From: Felis catus
Taxonomy: Eukaryota
DNA: 64,000 bases
Direction: 5' to 3'
NCBI RefSeq assembly: GCF_018350175.1
Contig: NC_058383.1
Span: 9,054,001 to 9,118,000, forward strand
The notes under the pieces were generated by a model that had not been told where the DNA came from, did not search any database, and saw nothing but the letters and a program-made list of their open reading frames with translations. The position numbers and the translations under genes are program-made. This document shows positions 28,001 through 40,124 of the stretch, one piece after another. Every line of letters starts with the position of its first letter. The stretch's first letter is position 1.

Positions 28001-31000
28001 GTGAAGCGTCTGACTTCGGCTCAGGTCATAATCTCACGGTCCGTGAGTTCGAGCCCCGCATCGGGCTCTGTGCTGACAGCTCAGAGCCTGGAGCCTGTTT
28101 CAGATTCTGTGTCTCCCTCTCTCTCTGCCCCTCCCCTGTTCATGCTCTGTCTCTCTCTGTCTGAAAAATAAATAAACGTTAAAAAAAAAAAATTAAAAAA
28201 AAAAAATCAGGGGCACCTGGGTGGCTCAGTCAGTTCAGCGTCTGACCAGCTCAGGTCATGATCTCACGGTTTGTGAGTTCGAGCCCCGCGTCAGGCTCTG
28301 TGCTGACAGTTCAGAGCCTGGAGCCTGCCTCGGATTCTGTGTCTCTCTCTCGCTGCCCCTCCCCTGCTCATGCTCTGTCTCTCTCTCTCTCTCAGAAATA
28401 AATACACATTAAAAAAAAATTTTTTTAATCAAAAAAAGAAAAGGGCAGAGGATGTGCTGCCCGTTCTGGGGTACACCTGCTGGAGGGGAGACAGGAGGGG
28501 GGCAGATGGGGGTGGTGCTGCACAGGGGGATGGGCGGTATGTCCACAACAGGGCAGAGCTCAATGCTGAGCCCAGAGGGGGATGAGGGAAGGTCCTGCTG
28601 GGCTCTGCTGAGGCTGCAGAAAATGCTGAGGGGACTCAGTGGCCAGGCAGCTGCTTAGAGTGGAATGCGCTGGAAAGCGAGAGGCCCAGGCTGAGGAGTC
28701 ACCCAGGGAGCTCAGTTCCCCCATCGACTGCTCAGGGCTGGATTGGGCATCCCCGGAAGACTGTCCCCAGAGCCTAACTGACTGGGGGCCGGGTCGGCCC
28801 AGCTCGGGGTCAGCAGGTCTGCCCAAGAAGCATGCCCTCTGCCAATCCTGGGAGAAAAGCACAGAGGGACCAGCCCAGGGCCTTCAGTCATTCCACTGGC
28901 CAGGATCCCGCCCCGTGCAGGGCCCAGGCGCTGCACCTCAGAGCGACCATCTCCTCTACCCTCAACAGCTTGGCACGTAGGGACCGTCATCCTCAACTTG
29001 AAGGCCAAGGCAACAAGGCTCAGAGCGACTGAGACCCTTCCTAGAGCTGGAAACCAGGACTCCTCCCAGACCCGCTCTAATTCCTTGATTTCCCGGAAGC
29101 ACCCCTCAGCCCCCCACCCAATTCATGCACCAGGAAGCCAGGACTGATACTGCAGCACTGTCCCCCCACCCCCCGCCCTTGGGGAAAAGAAGCTTCCCTC
29201 CCGTGAGTCTTAAGAGATACTGTGGCTGCCACCCAAACAGGGTCCTGCCCGACCCTGGGATGGGCTCCAAGGGAGGGACAGGTGCCTCCAGGGTGCCCCC
29301 GCTTGCCCACCTCCTTCCTCACCCACCTTGGAGTTGGGCGTTTTGGCGAAGCTGAGGGCCTCGGGGGTGAGGGAAAAGTGGAGTTTCTTGAAGGAGGACA
29401 TGAGGGGACCCTTGCCCTTGGTCCTGTGGATGAAGAGCGGCCCCTCCTTCACCGGCGGCGCCTGCAAGCTCAGCGCCCGCTGCAGGCCCAGCTCTGGCGG
29501 GCAAGGGAGGGAGGGCAAAATGTGAGCCGAGAGACCAAGCTGAAGCAGGGACTCGGGCAGAGCAAACATCGACAGCAGGCAGTGGGCAGGGCCTCGAGGG
29601 GCACAGGCGGCAGCGGGCAAGGCCATGGGGCAGGGAGCCGGGCAAACATGACCAAGAGGCCGCGGACGCAGAGAGGCGCAGAGGTAGGTGGGGACCGGAG
29701 ACACAGGGCGGGGCAGACGACACCTGGAGGGCTGTGGGCGGGGCCGGAGGAGGATCCAGTGTGGGCGGGGCCACCAGCCGGGGGGCGGAGCAAACGCGTG
29801 TCTGGGGCGGTTGCGCGGGGCGCGGGGCTTCTCTCTCTGGGAGAGCTCACCCTCCTTCTCCTCGATGTCCACCAGCTTGGTGATGAAGTCCTTCAGCTGG
29901 GCCACGCCCTGGCGCACGGTGGGCTGCAGCGGCTCCATCCAAGCCTCCTTGGCTCTGGAAGCTGGCGCGTCCATGTTGCCCACGTTCTGAACCGCCTGAG
30001 GGGGGACAGCCGCCGAGGGCCAGGCTCTGCTGGGTCAAGGGCCCACCCCTGCAACCTCCCCCGCCCCACCACCAAATCTGTGCTACCCCCACTGTAGAAG
30101 CAGAGGTGGAGGCAGCACACGCACTGCTCACAGGCCCATTCCATCCCCATTGGGACTCGGCGCCGAGCACCCCATGGAGTCTGAAGCCTTTCGGGACCCG
30201 ACAGTCGAGGCTACTTGAGCCCAACCGGCTGGCCTTTCACAGCAAGTTTAATATCAGCCTGTTCCACTGGGTGTGACGACCCCAGCCTGGGAGTGAGTAG
30301 AGCTGGGGCTACAAGGCCCCCTATTCACACGCAGGCTACACGGCCTTGGGGAACCTCTTGCCCCTCGGAGACCCGTTTCCTCATCCACACGAGATCGGTG
30401 CCCGTGAAAACGCTTTGCAAACTATAAAGTGCGGTGCTACAGGTGTTCCTGGAGCCAGTGGGGAGCACACCGCTGTCCAGGCAAGGGCCCCCCGGGCACC
30501 CGGTCGGGCATCTCGCCAGTGTCCACGGGCCCGCACCTTGGCCAGCAGGAGCAGGGTGCGGCTGGTGCGGGCGTCCGCGTGCCGCTCCCGCAGGTGGAAG
30601 AGCTTGGGCGCCATGATGGCGGGAGAGACGAAGCGCAGGCACAGGAAGCTGGTGACGGCGATGAATGGCACGTTCTAGGGGGTGCGGGAGAGCAGGGGCT
30701 GGACTCCCCGAGGCCGGGGCTCGGAAGAGCCCGCTGGTTTTTGGTGCTGTCCCCGCCTCTCCCTCTCCCCACGACCCCGCCAGGCGCTTCGAAGCCCCAC
30801 CCCCCCCAACACCGCGCCTCCGGGCGCCACAGCTGCCCCCTTCCCCACCGCTTTCTTCCCTCCGCCCGGCCCCACCGGCAGAGGGCGCACCTCGTGCTGG
30901 GCGCTGGGGAAGCGCTCGCGCACGCGCCGGAAAAGCTGGCGGAAGGTGGCGCGGACCACGGCGGGGCATGCGCGAACGGAGCGACTGAGCGCGCTCAGCA

Positions 31001-34000
31001 GCGCCGCCAGGTGGGCGCGCAGCGTCTGCGCGCTCTGCTCCAGCACCTCGGCCTCTGTCTGCGGGCGGTGCAGCCCCGAGCACCTGCGTTGGCCCGCAGG
31101 GGACCCGCAAGAGAAGGTCGAGGTCAGCGCCCGTGCACACGGCGGCACAGGGGCTCCTGGAGACAGGCGCAGTAAGGCGTCAGCGGAGACAGGGGCACAC
31201 AGGCAACGCACAGGTGGGCAGAGCGATGAAAAGGTAGACCCAGGCCCGGGCAGAAAGGGCGAAAAACATACATTTGCATAAAGGGCCTGACACCCCCGCC
31301 CCCAGGGATCGCCCCCGGCCTCACCCTACGTCCTTGACTTCCACTTTGCTGGGGTCCAGCTCCACGTACTTCTTCTCCTCAAACACCTTGTCAATGATGG
31401 GGCCCAGGACGCCGTGCAGATACCGCATCCCAGCCACCTGGGGGCGGCGGTGAGTGGCGTTGGTCCCGTCTCCCACCTCCAGCTGCCTGCCATCTCCCTG
31501 CAGCTGACCCCCCAGCCACCCCCTACACCATCTGCCTGCTGTGTCTACTCAGGAGAGAGCGGGGCACACGATGGGGACGGCGCGACACACTGCTGCCACA
31601 GGATGACTGCATGGACGGATGAAGGCAATTCTTAGCCTTAAAGGGCCCTGGACACAGGAGACTGGAATCTAAGCTCCCACTCTGCTTCTTGGCCCTTCTG
31701 AAACTCCTCATCTATGAAACAAAGAGCACATATCACTCAACCTCACCTTCAGAAAAGACTCCATGGACTTCGAGGCCAGAGAGTTGCTCCGGAACAGGGT
31801 GTTAGCCTCACCTACAAGCAGAGGTTCTAGTGGGTAGGGGGGTTGAGAGAGGGACCAGGCTTTGGGGAGGACAGAGGACCTTGGGAGCCCCCAGCCCACT
31901 GCCCCAACTCTGCCTTTTGCTCTTTCCTTTGCCCCCTAATCAGATCAGGCAGCTTCCTACAGGAAGACTTCCCAGGTTTCTCCCCTCTCAGCATCTCTGG
32001 AGTCCTTGGCTCCTGGCTCCCCTCTCCACCACACCCTCAGACGGGCCACCCCCTCCCAGGCCTCACTGGTACGACCCAGCTCCAGCTGGAAGAGCAGGTC
32101 CAGAAAGTCTTTGGCCAGTCCCTGCCCCAGGAACAGTTTGAGCAGGTTGGTGGCCACATCCTGGCGGCATTCGGTGCTTGTTGTCTCCTCGATAAGTGCT
32201 ATCAGCTGCCCTGGGCCCTGCAGGAGGCAGCAAGGAGAGGCAGGGTCAGAAGACGCACAGGGGAACCCAAACCCTTCACTCTGAGGGCCTGGGACCACCA
32301 CGGGGAAGGGGGAGGGGTGCTTTCCCACAGAATGGCGAGGGGCCCTGGGCATTGGTTAATTCCTTACCATCCTGAGAACTGAGAGTTTTGCTCTTCAGAG
32401 CAGGTTTAGAAGGACAGGGAGAACAGGCCTGCTGTCCCTGGACCCTCCCACCTTCCCCCGGGGCCCCCTCACCTGGGTGCCCAGCTTCACCTCACGGCAC
32501 AGCAGCTGCACCAGGGGCTGGTAGCAGCCGGAGGGCAGTACCGTCTCGTCCCGCAGCCGCACCTCCAGCTGCAAGGAGCCCAGGTTGCCCCTGGAACGGG
32601 CAGCCTGTGACCTCTCCACCAGGGACCCAGGCCACCTGGGCCGTGCCCCCTCCCGCACTGCCTCCATACTCCCCCGTGGGGCCTGCCCTCCACCTTGGTT
32701 CCCTGCACTGCACCCCTCCCACTTTTTCCCCAAGGTGCTCTCTGCTTGGAAAGCCCTTCCCGCCTCCAAACTCAGGGGAACACCACCCATTTTCACCGCC
32801 TGGCTCCCTGTCACTTCTAGACGCCTTGAACTCTGCGCTTGACCCATATGGACATGCGGGGCTCCCAGCTTTGAATCTGTAAACTCTCAGAGATCCGCTC
32901 CTCCACATACACAATCCCCAACTGTCATAACAACCTGCCAGGGGAAACTGAGGCTCGAGGGGATTAAGCAACTCGCCATAATGGATCTAACTACCAAGCT
33001 CCTCTGCTCAGACCCCTTCTGGGGAGGGTGCTGACCAAGGCTTAACCTCTCTAAGGCCCCCACGTCCAGAAGCACAGGACAGTTCACTAAGTGATGCACT
33101 AGCACGTGGCCTCATACACAGTAGAAGCCGCCAAAACGGCTCGTCCTATGGAAATGCCTGCTGCGGGACTCAGCCCCTGCCCTGCCCCTGCCCCGCTGAT
33201 GGTGGGGATGGGGGGTCTGGGGTCCTCTGCAGAGAGACAGAGTGAACCATCCAAAGTGGGGGACACTGCTGATCCCCTACTTCCGGCCTGAGTGGTGAGC
33301 GAGGAGGCCAGAGGGCTTCCTTGAGGGGGTTGCCAGATTTACCAAAATAAAAATACAAGAAACCCAGTTAAATCTGAATATCTTTGGTAGAAGTCGGTCC
33401 CCAACATCGCACGGACATACTTACACTAAAAATTATTCATTGTTTGTCTGAAACTCAGCTTTAAGGGGACAGCTCGTATTTTATCTGGCAACCTTATTCC
33501 TGGAGAATTTGGGGGGAGAGTCAGAGCTCTGGGGACTCAAACTATGGTCTGAGGTCTGCAGAGAAACCCTTAAAGGGAAAGGGCTGAAGGCCTGTTCCAG
33601 AATCTGCCAGAAGGTGGAAAGCAGGAGACTGCCTTGGAGGACAGGGCTGAGTCCAAGGCTGCGAGAAGCCAGAGGCGGCAGGATAGGCCGGGATAACGGA
33701 GCCTGGGCCATCGGGCAAGCGCAGAAAGAAACCTGGAGCTGCGTCAGCCCCTCCCCCCACCACACGCAGCCCCGCCTATTGGAGCCACTGTCCGCGCCCC
33801 CCTGCCCTGGGGACCCCGAGCCCACCAGCCCCACCACCGAGCCCCAGGCACTCACTCTCCCCGCCGATTCTTGGACTGGTCGGGCTGCAGCCGGAACCAG
33901 CCCTCCTCCTTCTGGGCCGCGCACAGTTTCTGGACATTGAACACCACCTGGGGACAAGGCAGAGGCAGGGGGGCCGCGCTGGGGCTGGGGCTGGGGCCCT

Positions 34001-37000
34001 CAGCGCTCTTCCTTGCCAAGGAATCTTCCTTTGGGGGAGTCCCTTCCGGGGGTGCCTGAGCACCAGTGGCTGGCCCTGGGGAGTGCCCCTTTGAAGCAGC
34101 AGCAGGGCGGGGTGGGGGAGGAGGGGAGAAGGGGAGAAGGGGGGTGGTGCTGGAATGGAGGCGGGGCAGGTGCAGCCAGAAGGGGCAGGGTGCTCACTTT
34201 GCCCAAGAAGTCATTCCTGCTGACGAGGTCCCAGTCCCAGGCTTCCACACACAGCGCCTCCGCGGCCCCCTCCTCCAACTCAAACTCAAACATCTCGTTC
34301 CAGCGTGGGTAGCGTGATTTCTTCACGATCTGCCCAAAACGGGGTGAGTAGGGGTGGGGGGGGCCCCTTGGGGGCCCCCGCCACCCCAAACACCCCACGT
34401 GGGATCCCTGCAGGGGCCTTGCAGCAGGAGAGGTATAAACTTCCTGTTCAAACCTTCCCCAAACCGGGAGAAATTGGGGCTCAGAGTGGGTAAGGCACTT
34501 GTCCAAGGCCACACAGCAAAAAGGTAGCAGATGGCACTGAGAAGCCAAGACTCCACCCCCTTCTCCTCCCAGGGTTGCGCCCACCACCCCAGCTATTTGC
34601 TGGAGGTGAGGAAAGCCATGCGGGGAGCCGCTGGACTGTGCAGATGAACCCCACACTGGTCGTCTCGGCCCAGCCTGCAGGGGTTGGTGCCAGAAGGGCT
34701 GGGATCTGTTAACACCCTCACACAGGTCACCCCGCTTTTCCAAGCCTCTTCTGTGGGACCGTAGTCCCAGCCTGACCTCCCGGGTGATGAGGGCCCAGGC
34801 CAGACCCTGAGCCTGCCTGCCCCCTCCCCAGCCCCCTCACCGAGGTCTCCTGTGTCCGGCCGCTGTAGCGCACTCGGACAAAGGGGTCAGAGGCACCATT
34901 CCGGTCCTTCGGGGCCAGGTCCCTGGGGAAGGTGGAGCATCCACTTGTCACATGACCGTTGCGGGGGTCATCCGGGCCCACCGGGTAACTATGCACAGCA
35001 CCCCTCCCTTTTCTGGACCCTGATTCCCACAGCGTTCACCCCATGGGCCTCCGGGGGCACCCACACCAGACCAGGGATCCTCTGACTCGGCAGGACTAGC
35101 TGCTGCTCTGGGGACTGGGGGAGGCGAGCGCATCCGTGGAACAGCCCGGGCTGTGCCGCCCCACCCGCAATCTGTTCCCAGGGCAGGACTGAGCTGGGGC
35201 CACCTCTCTGAGCCTCGGTTTCCTTGTCAGTGGGATGGAGAAGATCGCCCCAACAATTGAGATCACGGGCTTCTAGAAGGCCTGCCCCACAGGGCCAGGG
35301 GGCTTTCATGAGCAGCCCCGATAGGCCATCCTGCCCTGTCTCCACAGCTGGTCCTTTGCAAGGCCCAAGGGCGGTCAGGCGCCCCCAGCTCAGGACCCTT
35401 TGCACCAAAACAACAAAGCCCATCCTTCTTCCATCTACTATAAATATTAGCTTCTGCTCTTTTTGGTATTTTCAGCTCAAAGCCTCTCATGCCTGGTTTT
35501 TTTCTTCCTCAGAACCGTTTAATAGGAATCCCAGAGCTTGGCCTTGAGGACCTGCCCAGAAAGATGAGAAATGTTCTTTCTGCCTCTGCAGCAAAGGCAG
35601 CTTCGTAGGCCTCTCAGGACCCCAGCAGGGTCTGAGCTGGGGGCGGCGGGGGCCAAGGCCCCTCACACTTTACAGAGAGGTCTGGACAGACCACTCCTCC
35701 CACCCAGGCACCTGCTGAGCGGAGGCCATGGGGTTCCACTCCCCACCCTGCCGCCCCAGAGGCGAGCAAGGACCCTGTGGAGGTGGGCTGGAGCCAGAAA
35801 GGAAGGCGCTTCTCATGGAACGTGTGTGACTCACACTCAGGCCCAGACGGGAGGGGAGCCTGCAGCTAAAAATAGCCGGGGGTGGGGGGGAGGGGGAACC
35901 CTGTCACAGGTGACTCAGGCCCACCTTCCCACCCAAGCCTCCCTCCTGGAGAGAACCCCGCCCCTCCCATCTGGAGTTTTCCAGCAACTCCTTCCACCCC
36001 GCACCCCACTGAGGACCCCGCTACACATCCACGCCGTATCAGGTCAAGTTCATACTGGAGTCAGAGGCAGCAGAAGCCCAGTCTTAGCACTGGGCCTGCA
36101 CGTTCAGAGTTTGGGGTCCCCTCTGTGATGCCCGAAGCTCCACCATTAGAACCTCACCCCTTTCTCCAAGAGACATAGCCTCCCGTGTGCGGCCACCCAG
36201 GAAACCTCTTCGGGTCCGAGGCCCTCCTCGTGGGAGGAGGTGCAGGGCCAGGACATGGAGGGGGGGACGGCACACCGGGAGTCCTAGCCGGTGTCCCTAG
36301 CTGTGTGGGGCCCTCCGCCCCGCTCCCCCGCGCCTCCCGTCTCACCTGGCCTCCAGCACAGAGCAGCGCAGCAGCCGGCGGGCCCGCGGCCCTGGCACCA
36401 CCTCCAGGCGCAGGTGGATCTCACCCTGCACCTCCTCATCGGGATCGACCTCCGTCAGGTGCGCCCATCCGCTGAAACCTGTAGGGCTGGCGGCTCAGCC
36501 GGGGGCCTGGCCCTCTCCCTCAGCCCCGCCAGGCGCCACCCGGCCCCCTCTGCAGGCCCCTCGGGGTCCTCTCAAGCTCCGTGAGGCGGGGTCTGTTGTC
36601 CCCACTGACAGATGAGGAAACTGAGGCTCAGCAGCTGAGCAACAGCACTTGGAAGAGCCTTGATGAGCATCCAAATCCGGTGACCCCTGTGTCCTTACTA
36701 TTGTGTCACAAGGCATGTGACGGCTCTGACCCTGACTCACGACGGGACTGCCTTCTCTGTCCTCAGTTTCTCCAACTTAAAACAATGGCTCTTGTCTAGG
36801 GCTGCTGGAGGAGGAACTAAGGCCAGACAGGGAAGCAGCAAGGGAACAGCATCACTTGGGCCACTGGACCCTGAGGGGCTGGTGGGGCAGCGGGCAGGAA
36901 AGGCCTCTGGCCTGGCAGGGGCCAAGAGGCTCCATGAGTCAGCAAAGTCCCCCCCCACCCCCGCATGCCTGCCCGGCCTCACAGACAGGAGCAGGTGCGT

Positions 37001-40000
37001 GCCGGGAAGGCCCCGGGAGAGTCCCGGGGACTCAGACAAGCGGAACCTGTACTGTCTGAGAGCTCCTGGCCTGAACCCTCCCTGGCAGATAGGGACCCAG
37101 CCCAGAGGAGGCCCCGGGTCACACAGTGAGGCTGGGAAAGAGCTGACCCTGGAAACAATGTCAGCATCCCGGCAGTCACCAAAGGGGCCCAGCCCAGCCA
37201 CAGGCTGACCCTTCACAGGCTTAGGACACGGTGGCACTGGGGCCCAAGCTGAGGGGACTCCAGGGGTACAGAAAGAGCCAGCCTGACTGGGAGGAGGGGG
37301 CCTCTACACCTCAGCAATGGAGCATAGAGAGGCCCTTCTTCTGCCTGCCGAGGCTTCAGATCCCACTGCTAGCAGCCCCCCTCGGCCCTAGGGGGGTGCA
37401 GTCCCAGCCAGGGGGCAGAATGGGGCCCAGGGCACAGAGGCCAGGGTGCCGGAGCCGGCCAGAGGCCCTTCTCTAGGGAGGGCAGACATGGCTCTCCCTG
37501 AGCACGGGCCCTGAAGCAGCCTAGAAGCAGCGTCTTTGAAATGGGGGAAGGCCAGGGACAAGCAGAGCAGTGGGGCAAGAGAGGAGGGAGGCCAGAGTGG
37601 GCCACAGGCTCCCTCCCGGGGGTCTTACCCTTAGGGTGAGCGGCCAGGGTGTCCCTGGTAAGGCAGACCTTCCCAATAACGTCGTCCCGGCTGGAGGATG
37701 AAGAGGGAACCAGAGCTGGGCAGGGCTCTGCAGGGGGCTCAGGACCCCCCTCCTGCCCAGTTCAGGGGCCCTGTGGGAAGCAGGGAGGCTGACGCTCGTC
37801 ACTTACAGGAGCCTACTGCAGCAGGACCCATGATCCTCCCGTAGGCCCTGCATTCTGGACCCTCTCGTGGGTATGTGCCCTGTTTCTGCGCACGGATGGA
37901 CACGTGTGCCCACGCATCTGCCGAGTTCCTGCTCTGTGGGTTCTCTAGCTAGCAGCCCCCACGCGCGGCCCAGCACACCCGTGCCTGTGTCCCCGCACAC
38001 GCACACGTACGATGTGGTGTGAGCCCAGTGAACCCTCCGCCCCCACAGACACCCACACGCTCAAACCCCGATCCCTTCCAGACCCTTCTGGGCTCCCCCT
38101 CCCGCCAGGCTGTAAAGGGGATGCAAAGCGACCAGCAGTCCCAGCAGTGAAATGGGCAGGTGGTGGGGTCTGGGCCCCAGCCAAAGAGTGGGGGCCCACC
38201 CACCTGAGGGCATCCTCATCCATGACGTAGAAGGCCACCGCGTGGAAGGCGGGCGGCAGGTGCACCTGGTACTCCTCACCCCAGAACGGGCACAGGGTCT
38301 TCCACACGGTGGCTGTCCTACAGGAGAGGACCCTCAGCACCTGTCTGGGCCCCCCGCAGGACCCAGGCCACGGCAAGACGGGGCCGTGTGACCTAAGTCC
38401 ACCTTTCCCCACATCTCCTTCCACTCCCGGGAACAAGTGCTCTGCCAGTGGATGGTTTTCCTTGTCCTAGACCCTACTGCCCACCATTAATCATTCCTTC
38501 CTGACCTTCCTTGCTGCTCTGGGCAGGGCACAGGGCCGCATCCATCAGGCCATTTTCCATGTGGGGAAACTGAGGCCACAGGTGGCTGTAGCTGGCCTCA
38601 GGTCCCGTGACGGGGCAGTGGCAGAGCCGGGACCAGAAGCCCGGCCTCCCAGCCTCACCCTGGCTCCTGATGCTGAACAGACTTACTAAGGGTGGGAACA
38701 GGAGGATGGCCAAGTTGACCCTGGAGCAAGACAATCCTCCTGGGGGGGCCTGGGAGCCACGGTCCAGAGCCTGACCCAGAGAGGTCTTGCGTGGGCAGAG
38801 CCTCACCCAGCTCTGGCCAAACCCCCAGGGCAGCGCCCCTCAGCTCACGGGACTCAGCAGGGCATGTGGGGGTGGGGGTGGGGGTGGGGCAGAGCTGAAA
38901 CCCCCAAGGACCCGGATGAAGGCTCAGGGCGTCACCTTCACCCCAACCACTTCTCAGGTAACTTGAACTCTGGAGCCTCGGTTTCCCTGTCTGTCACAGA
39001 GACAACCAGAGCCATCCTGCCTGCCCCCTCTTGGTATCGTGGCTTGGAGGGAATGAGGCAAAAGACTTGAGGTCCTGTTTGCAGTGGGGGGAAGAACCGC
39101 GAGTCTGTCAGCCTTGGCTGGCGGTCAGCCACGGGCGCTCAGGTGGGCGGAACAGGGGGGCGGCTCTGGCCACGAAGTCCGGGACACGGAGGGCACGAGA
39201 CCGCAAAGGCCCTGCCCAGAATCGTGGAGCCCTTTTGTCCACACCCAGGGGACGTGGCCCTTCTGGGTACAGGCTGGGGCCCCCAGGCTGGAGCAGCCTT
39301 TCTGGGGTACAACCACTGTGCGAGTCTCTCAGGAAGCGGGAGCAAGGGCCGGGGAGGGGGAAGGAGCTCTGGCTTTGGGCTCCGCCAGATTTGGGTTCCA
39401 GTCCGAATCTGCCACCTGCTAGGTAGGTGACCCTGGGCAGGTTACTTAGTCTCTCTGAGCCTCCGGGCTCCTCATCTGCAAACGCGATTTAATAATATCA
39501 CAGCCAGCTCGTTGTAAGTTTTCAAATGGGCTGCAAAAGGTGTAGCACAGGGCCCGGCAGACTGTACTCCGTAAATGACAGCTGCTGGTCCTAATCATCA
39601 TCCTCTGTCCCTTTTGAGGGCTGTAAAGATTGTAAACGGGGCGCCTGGGTGGCTCGGTCCGTTAAGCGGCCGACTTCGGCTTAGGTTATGACCTCACGGT
39701 TCGTGCGTTCAAGACCCACGTCGCGCCCTGTGCTGACAGCTCGGAGCCCGGAGCCTGCTTCGGAGTCTGTGTCTCCCTCTCTTTCTGCCCCTCCTCCGCT
39801 CACTCTCTGTCTCTCAAAAATAAATAAACGTTAGGGGCGCCTGGGTGGCTCAGTCGGTTGAGCTTCCGACTTGGGCTCAGGTCAAGATCTCACGGTCTGT
39901 GAGTTCGAGCCCCATGTCTGGCTCTGTGCTGACAGCTCAGAGCCTGGAGCCTGTGCAGATTCTGTGTCTCCCTCTCTCTCTGACCCTCCCCCACTCATGC

Positions 40001-40092
40001 TCTGTCTCTTTCTGTCTCAAAAATAAACATTAAAAAGAAATTAAAAAAAAAAAACAAAGGGACACATGTGCCCCTATGTTTATAAAAAATAA

Positions 40093-40124
<32 letters not shown>

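Noticed and set aside
27777..28439. Repeated units that could be mistaken for a CRISPR-like or tRNA array
   Set aside because: They are tRNA-derived SINEs with CT tracts, A tails and TSDs. There is no repeat-spacer structure, no cas genes and no intact cloverleaf.
29222..30097. 291-aa plus-strand ORF
   Set aside because: It is antisense to RASA4 exons 15-16 in very GC-rich DNA, has a non-ATG start, low-complexity composition and no recognisable domain.
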